From: Methanothrix sp.
GTDB lineage: Archaea > Halobacteriota > Methanosarcinia > Methanotrichales > Methanotrichaceae
Direction of reading: 5' to 3'
Length of the DNA: 64,000 bases
Assembly (NCBI GenBank): GCA_037128175.1
Contig: JBAXWY010000007.1
Location: forward strand, 25,351-89,350
This document shows, in pieces, positions 59,085-64,000 of this stretch. The position numbers and the translations under genes are program-made. The notes under the pieces were generated by a model. The model was not told the DNA's origin and did not search any database. It worked only from the letters and a program-made list of their open reading frames with translations. Position 1 is the stretch's first letter, and each line of letters begins with the position of its first letter.

Positions 59085-61117
59085 AGGTCAAGCTTCATGC
59101 AGTCCACTTCGGTGGCATCCGCGCAGACTCTCTCGGCAGTTATTTAACGGGACTGGGATTGCTTTCAGCCTGCGCGAAACGGTGGCCAGATATTCGAGGA
59201 TGCTGGTGCGAATGGGATTTTGCATTATTTCACACAAATGTCGATTCAAATAAAATATATAATTTTTTATTAGATGAATGGGATGCATCGCAGTATCCAA
59301 CTAGCCAGGTATCAGCCAAAGGAGCGGCAAAAGTATTTTGGACAAATGAACAAAAAGCTGATACAAAAGCAGGAAAGTCTAAAAATATTCAGAAATTACG
59401 ATCTAGTTGTAATTTAAATGAACTACGATTCTTAGACAGTCATTTGATCAGCATAACTAAGAATGTATTCAATCCGGTTTTTGGTACGGGAGGCAATATA
59501 GGACGACGTAGTTTGGCGAAGGTTTCATTAGATGCTAAAACTATGCTAAACAACGCAGATCCTGAAAACAAGAGTTCTTGGCTAAATCAAACACTATTTA
59601 GATATGAAGCAAGTCTTCCCGAATTACAATCGACCGGCACATGGTTTGTCCAGGCAAACAAAACATATAACAGCGGGCAGAGCAATTTTTTTAGAGAGGG
59701 GCGCTTATCTCCCTGGTCATTCTTACTTGCATTAGAGGGTGGGCTCTTGCTTATTGGTGCGGCAGAACGAAGATTAACTGCAAAAGCTAGGCCTTATGCA
59801 GTTTTTCCATTTATTACAGAATCTGCCTGTCCAACTAGCGAAAATGAAATGGGTCTGAAGCAAGAAGGTGAGTTTTGGGCACCTTTGTGGGATTTGCCTG
59901 CGTCTCTAACAGAGGTACGATACTTATTGCATCGCGGTCTGGCTCGCGTGGGTAATCGAAATGCTACATCACCACACGAATTTGGGGCAGCTGCGTTGGG
60001 TGAAGGAGTTGATGCTGGAATCTCGGCATTTGCGCCATTTGAATTGAGAGAGACCACTAGCTCACAAGTATTTGAAGCAATTCCACGCAATCGAATTTCG
60101 ATAATCAGGGACGTTAGTAGCCATGCTGCTTCTGAGCATATAACTGAGTTGATATCCTGGTTAGAGCATTTACCATTCGAGGAGACGATTAGCAAAGGCA
60201 GATTCTCAGGGCTGAGGGGGCCAATAGAGCAAGCCATTCGATCGATAACTGAGAAACCTGATGATTCGTCTCGTTGGCAATTCTTGTTACTTCAGCTTGC
60301 GGAAGCACAGAGGCGTATAGACCAAGATAGAACTCGGGACTGGCGAAAGACATGTATCGCTCTGCCAAGGCTCTCAATTAAGTGGCTGGATTTTCTTTGG
60401 CCGGATCAGATGCCAGATGAAGTAAGAATTGCCTGTTCAATTGCTTCACTAGGAGCAGAGAGCATATCGCCTCTGCTTGTGAACATTTTCGGCGTTGAAA
60501 TTAACGCGAATGGTACGCCCATTCTCCCAAAGAATCGTCCATTCAGAGCGATATGGGGGCAAGGACCTTTAGTGGATCAGCTTGTCAAAATAATGTTAAG
60601 GCGCCTGATTGATGCCAAGAACGAAGATCAATGGCCCTTAGAGGGCACGTATCATGCTACTTTCAACTTGGTAGGAAGGTTTCTTAGTGGAGCTATGGAT
60701 GAAGAAGAAATATCCAACTGGCTGCCAGCATTGTCGTTGCTGGATTGGAGAACGCCTTCGATTAATAACCACTATGCTAACAAAGAATCGATTGGAGGCG
60801 TTCAATTATTGGATGGATTCTTCCGTCCGTTATTGACTTCTGGATTGAAGTGGGATGGAAGTGGGAACGCAGTCGAACCAAAATTGTCTTTTGCCTTGCG
60901 TTTAGTAAACGCGCTACAACAGGATGATCTGGAAAACGCTGTCGATCTTGCGATTTCGCGGATACGGTCGCTCGGAGGAGAAATTACTGCTCGCCCCCTT
61001 CTATCGGATTCTTCGGGACAACGTCTTGCCGCATCGCAGTTACTTCCATTGTCACTTAGAGATATTTCGCTAGTGCGCGATCGATGGCTACAGCCTATGG
61101 AAAAAAGATACTATTAA
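59081..61117 (+). CDS. cas8g: Type I-G large subunit Cas8g (Csx17)
   Basis: LGSYLTGLGLL, FGTGGN, SPWSFLLALEG, EFWAPLW; ATGA overlap with cas3. Confidence 0.8.
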   Translation: MKVKLHAVHFGGIRADSLGSYLTGLGLLSACAKRWPDIRGCWCEWDFALFHTNVDSNKIYNFLLDEWDASQYPTSQVSAKGAAKVFWTNEQKADTKAGKSKNIQKLRSSCNLNELRFLDSHLISITKNVFNPVFGTGGNIGRRSLAKVSLDAKTMLNNADPENKSSWLNQTLFRYEASLPELQSTGTWFVQANKTYNSGQSNFFREGRLSPWSFLLALEGGLLLIGAAERRLTAKARPYAVFPFITESACPTSENEMGLKQEGEFWAPLWDLPASLTEVRYLLHRGLARVGNRNATSPHEFGAAALGEGVDAGISAFAPFELRETTSSQVFEAIPRNRISIIRDVSSHAASEHITELISWLEHLPFEETISKGRFSGLRGPIEQAIRSITEKPDDSSRWQFLLLQLAEAQRRIDQDRTRDWRKTCIALPRLSIKWLDFLWPDQMPDEVRIACSIASLGAESISPLLVNIFGVEINANGTPILPKNRPFRAIWGQGPLVDQLVKIMLRRLIDAKNEDQWPLEGTYHATFNLVGRFLSGAMDEEEISNWLPALSLLDWRTPSINNHYANKESIGGVQLLDGFFRPLLTSGLKWDGSGNAVEPKLSFALRLVNALQQDDLENAVDLAISRIRSLGGEITARPLLSDSSGQRLAASQLLPLSLRDISLVRDRWLQPMEKRYY

Positions 61118-61138
61118 AATTAATTGGAGATGAATTAA

Positions 61139-62224
61139 ATGAGCGAGAGAAATGAATTGTCACTAAATATAAATAAGCTATTACAAAAAGACGGCCCTGT
61201 ATGCCTCATAATTGAAGCACATCTGGCCCCAGTCAGTGGAGAAGACCGTTTCCAACCTGCTGGATTTCCCCAGATTGGTCATGTAATATATGATGCCCCA
61301 CGAGGCGAAAATGGGATCGAGAAGGTCTGCATTGTGGATAGCGCCGCAAGCATGGCAAATCACCTTGAATCTGTTTGCTTATCGAGTGCCAGAGACCTGG
61401 CCTTGGAATATGAAATACTTGGTTTACCTCATGTGGTTTGCGTAACAGATAACGAAGCTACAAAAGAAAAGAACTTATCAGTAACCAGTACTCTGAAAGA
61501 GGGCCATCGACTCGCTTCGGATTATTTCTTGGATGGCTTAATAAAAGAAGAACGTTTTCGAGAGATAATTCGGAAAGAGTTTGGAATCAAGGAAGTGAAA
61601 AAAGATAAAACATACTTTATCTATCCTGAAAACTGGTGGGCGATATTTACCACGATTTTCAAATATGATCCAAATTCGCTTTTACATGGTGTTCTATTCG
61701 CAAGGGAACAAATAAAAATTAGTAGAATGTTGACCGCCCATATGGAAGCATTCGGAGCTAGAAGAGTTGTAAGTTCTGGAGTGAAGTTTGATCCACTTGG
61801 CAAAACAACGTCTGGGCAACCTATCTTTTCTGTAGATGAAGAAACTGCGAGGGACATTCGCGCAACATTTGTCCTTGATCTCGCCCTCTTGCGCTCTTAT
61901 GGCAGAGATAAATTGGGCTTAAATGATAAGCAAAAACGCTTGCTTTTGGAATTAGCTTTGTGGAAGATAAATCGCATGTTATCGCATCCGTTCACATTCC
62001 GCAGCAATTGTCGTTTGAAATGCAATGAGCTTCGTATTAGAGATGAAAAATGCACATACCTCGGAAAATTGCCCCAATTAAATATCAGGTCTGCACTTGA
62101 TGAATGCGGCTTTAATCGGGAATGTGAACCAACTAAAGTGTACTATGCATCGTCAAACCTGTTCAAGGAAGGAGAGGCTACAACTGGCGAGAATAGGGTT
62201 GAAAATGCAGGTGGAGACAGTTAG
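61139..62224 (+). CDS. cas7: Type I-G Cas7 (Csb1)
   Basis: FQPAGFP, IVDSAASMANHLE, GHRLAS, DPNSLLHG. Confidence 0.85.
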   Translation: MSERNELSLNINKLLQKDGPVCLIIEAHLAPVSGEDRFQPAGFPQIGHVIYDAPRGENGIEKVCIVDSAASMANHLESVCLSSARDLALEYEILGLPHVVCVTDNEATKEKNLSVTSTLKEGHRLASDYFLDGLIKEERFREIIRKEFGIKEVKKDKTYFIYPENWWAIFTTIFKYDPNSLLHGVLFAREQIKISRMLTAHMEAFGARRVVSSGVKFDPLGKTTSGQPIFSVDEETARDIRATFVLDLALLRSYGRDKLGLNDKQKRLLLELALWKINRMLSHPFTFRSNCRLKCNELRIRDEKCTYLGKLPQLNIRSALDECGFNRECEPTKVYYASSNLFKEGEATTGENRVENAGGDS

Positions 62225-62233
62225 GTGCGAGTG

Positions 62234-63808
62234 ATGTCTCTCTACCTAGAACAAGAATTCCCATTAGGACGTTTTCATGCTACTCGCTGGAATCAGGGGG
62301 TATTTGGTGACCCTTATGGTGAGTGGCCCCCATCACCGTGGAGACTATTGCGCGCACTTTCGTTCAGATGGTTCCAATTGAGCAGAGAAACTGGCGATAC
62401 AGATATAGAAAGACTTTATAGGCTGCTCAATGCATTAGCACAGTCCCCTCCGGAGTTCTATCTGCCGAATCTAAGCTGGAATGGCCCCGCGATCAAACAG
62501 TATCTTCCAACCGAGGTTGACTGGACCGATGCCTCAAAAAAAGCAGCCGCATTTAAAAAGGCAAAGACGACCCTAAATGAGGACCATTATCGTACCATTT
62601 CGCCAGACGCAATGATATTCTGGTCTTGGCCAAATCTTGACGATGTAGATTTTGAACTCCTAGATGCACTTAATTCCAGAATATTGTACTTTGGACGTTC
62701 TGAGTCCTTAACTCAAATTAGGCGGATTTCCTCCCTGCCGCCGAACGTGGGAATTAAGTGCGATCTTTCCGCAAGTGGAAATAAAGACGGAGTGCCGGTC
62801 CTAAGTCCAATTCCTGGATTAGATCTGAATTTTGACATTCTTCTTGCAACCACGGAAGATCCAAAGATTAAGAATTGTGAAATCCCACCAGGCACCACAT
62901 GGCTTTACGCCAAATTGCCAGAGCGCCCTAAAATAATTTCCACATCAAAACGCAGCCCAAAATATCCGACCAACTTAAATTTGTTGCAGTTTGCAATAGG
63001 CGGACGTGTTTTTCCTCTGCAAGAAAGATGGGTTGTAGTGTCGGAACGATTCAAAGGTATGGTTTTAAGGGAGAGATTAAAACAAATTACCGGAGAGAAC
63101 AAGACCTCATTTGCATCACTCTCATCAGAACAAAGGATGGCAGTTAGCCTGCTTTCTGGCAAAGATTCCGATGGTCTACCTCTTGTGGATCATAAACATG
63201 CCTATTTCTCCATTATACCTGATGCAAACAGCCAACCAATTCGCCTGGTAGTTTGGAGGGAGACGCCATTTACTCCGGACGAAATCGATGCCTTTTTAAA
63301 AGCGACTGAAAGAGATATCTTCTGGGATTACAGCACTCCCAAGTGGCCGTTAAGACTTCTTCCCTTGCCTTTTGATGCGGTTCCACCTGAATCCTTCTCG
63401 AACAAAAAGCATAAAGTGTGGGTAAGTCTTACATCTCTTGTTCCACCCGTTTCTCGAATGCGTTTTCGAAAAAGCGGAAGGGAAAGACCTGGGGAAACCC
63501 CAGAAATGATTACATCTAAGTTGTTGGAACGAAAAAGACTGCCTCGTCCAAAACGCATAGAAATTTTAAGTGCAAATAACCAATGGATCGATCGAAAAGA
63601 CCCAGAACAAACGTGTCAGCTAAGATCTGAATGGGTATCAGTTCATCGCAGTTTCAAGGCCCGACGAGAAAATAAGGATAATCGTGAACGGAATGTAGCT
63701 CTGGGCTATTATCTTCGTATCAATTTCGAGGAACCAGTAGCTGGGCCAATTATCCTTGGGGAATCTAGTCATTTCGGCCTGGGCCTCTTCGTCCCCGAAT
63801 CGCCTTGA
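62234..63808 (+). CDS. csb2: Type I-G Csb2 (Cas5/Cas6 fusion)
   Basis: GRFHATRW...EWPPSPWRLLRAL; C-terminal GPIILGESSHFGLGLF Gly loop. Confidence 0.88.
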   Translation: MSLYLEQEFPLGRFHATRWNQGVFGDPYGEWPPSPWRLLRALSFRWFQLSRETGDTDIERLYRLLNALAQSPPEFYLPNLSWNGPAIKQYLPTEVDWTDASKKAAAFKKAKTTLNEDHYRTISPDAMIFWSWPNLDDVDFELLDALNSRILYFGRSESLTQIRRISSLPPNVGIKCDLSASGNKDGVPVLSPIPGLDLNFDILLATTEDPKIKNCEIPPGTTWLYAKLPERPKIISTSKRSPKYPTNLNLLQFAIGGRVFPLQERWVVVSERFKGMVLRERLKQITGENKTSFASLSSEQRMAVSLLSGKDSDGLPLVDHKHAYFSIIPDANSQPIRLVVWRETPFTPDEIDAFLKATERDIFWDYSTPKWPLRLLPLPFDAVPPESFSNKKHKVWVSLTSLVPPVSRMRFRKSGRERPGETPEMITSKLLERKRLPRPKRIEILSANNQWIDRKDPEQTCQLRSEWVSVHRSFKARRENKDNRERNVALGYYLRINFEEPVAGPIILGESSHFGLGLFVPESP

Positions 63809-64000
63809 CCCGCCCCCCTGTAGCCGTCCTCGCCCGACAGCCCGCGTGCACGCCCTCATCGTCCGGTGGCCCTCCGGCCCGCCCAGGCGACCGGGCCCGC
63901 GCGCGCACGTGCCTGCTCCCGCGGGAACGCCGCCAGGCCGGGGTCGGATGGTCTCTTGCAAAGCGCGATTCTTTTTTGCAGCAAAATGCCCCCTCACTCC

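Noticed and set aside
56100-64000. CRISPR array or mini-array
   Set aside because: No regularly spaced repeats are visible before, within or after the cas genes. The CACAGAG and CTTCGCG repeats lack spacer periodicity.
1-64000. tRNA, rRNA, or an autonomous transposase/integrase
   Set aside because: No cloverleaf, rRNA signature, or DDE/HUH/tyrosine-recombinase motif was recognised by eye; a covariance search could still find something missed.

Overview
Archaeal chromosomal window. Gene content and signal style suggest a Methanothrix/Methanosaeta-like methanogen (inference). It contains: (1) cdc6/orc1 with an adjacent replication origin of four ORB boxes, one lying beyond two small genes; (2) an anaerobic cobalamin operon cbiT-L-F-G-H-C-D-E; (3) housekeeping, envelope and signalling genes (thyA, RND/S-layer/regulator locus, hybrid histidine kinase, Isf, thiC-family gene, argD, hisC, adenylate kinase, ahbB-sirC-hemA-hemB, aglB, UDG, NDP-sugar synthase); (4) AT-rich accessory DNA: a TPR gene at 14-15 kb and a 37.6-40.3 kb island with a pseudogene, a PD-(D/E)xK nuclease and a coupled His-motif/DUF1828-like gene pair that is a candidate defence system; (5) a type I-G (I-U) CRISPR effector operon cas3-cas8g-cas7-csb2 whose cas3 looks compositionally chimeric. 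No CRISPR array, rRNA or tRNA was seen. The structure least explained by gene calls is three families of short palindromic dispersed elements: a TIR-bounded MITE-like family (three copies, two bracketing thyA), a 44-46 bp hairpin repeat (two copies, one splitting a gene) and a CTTCGCG hairpin/direct repeat upstream of cas3. All family assignments come from recognising motifs by eye; no searches were run.
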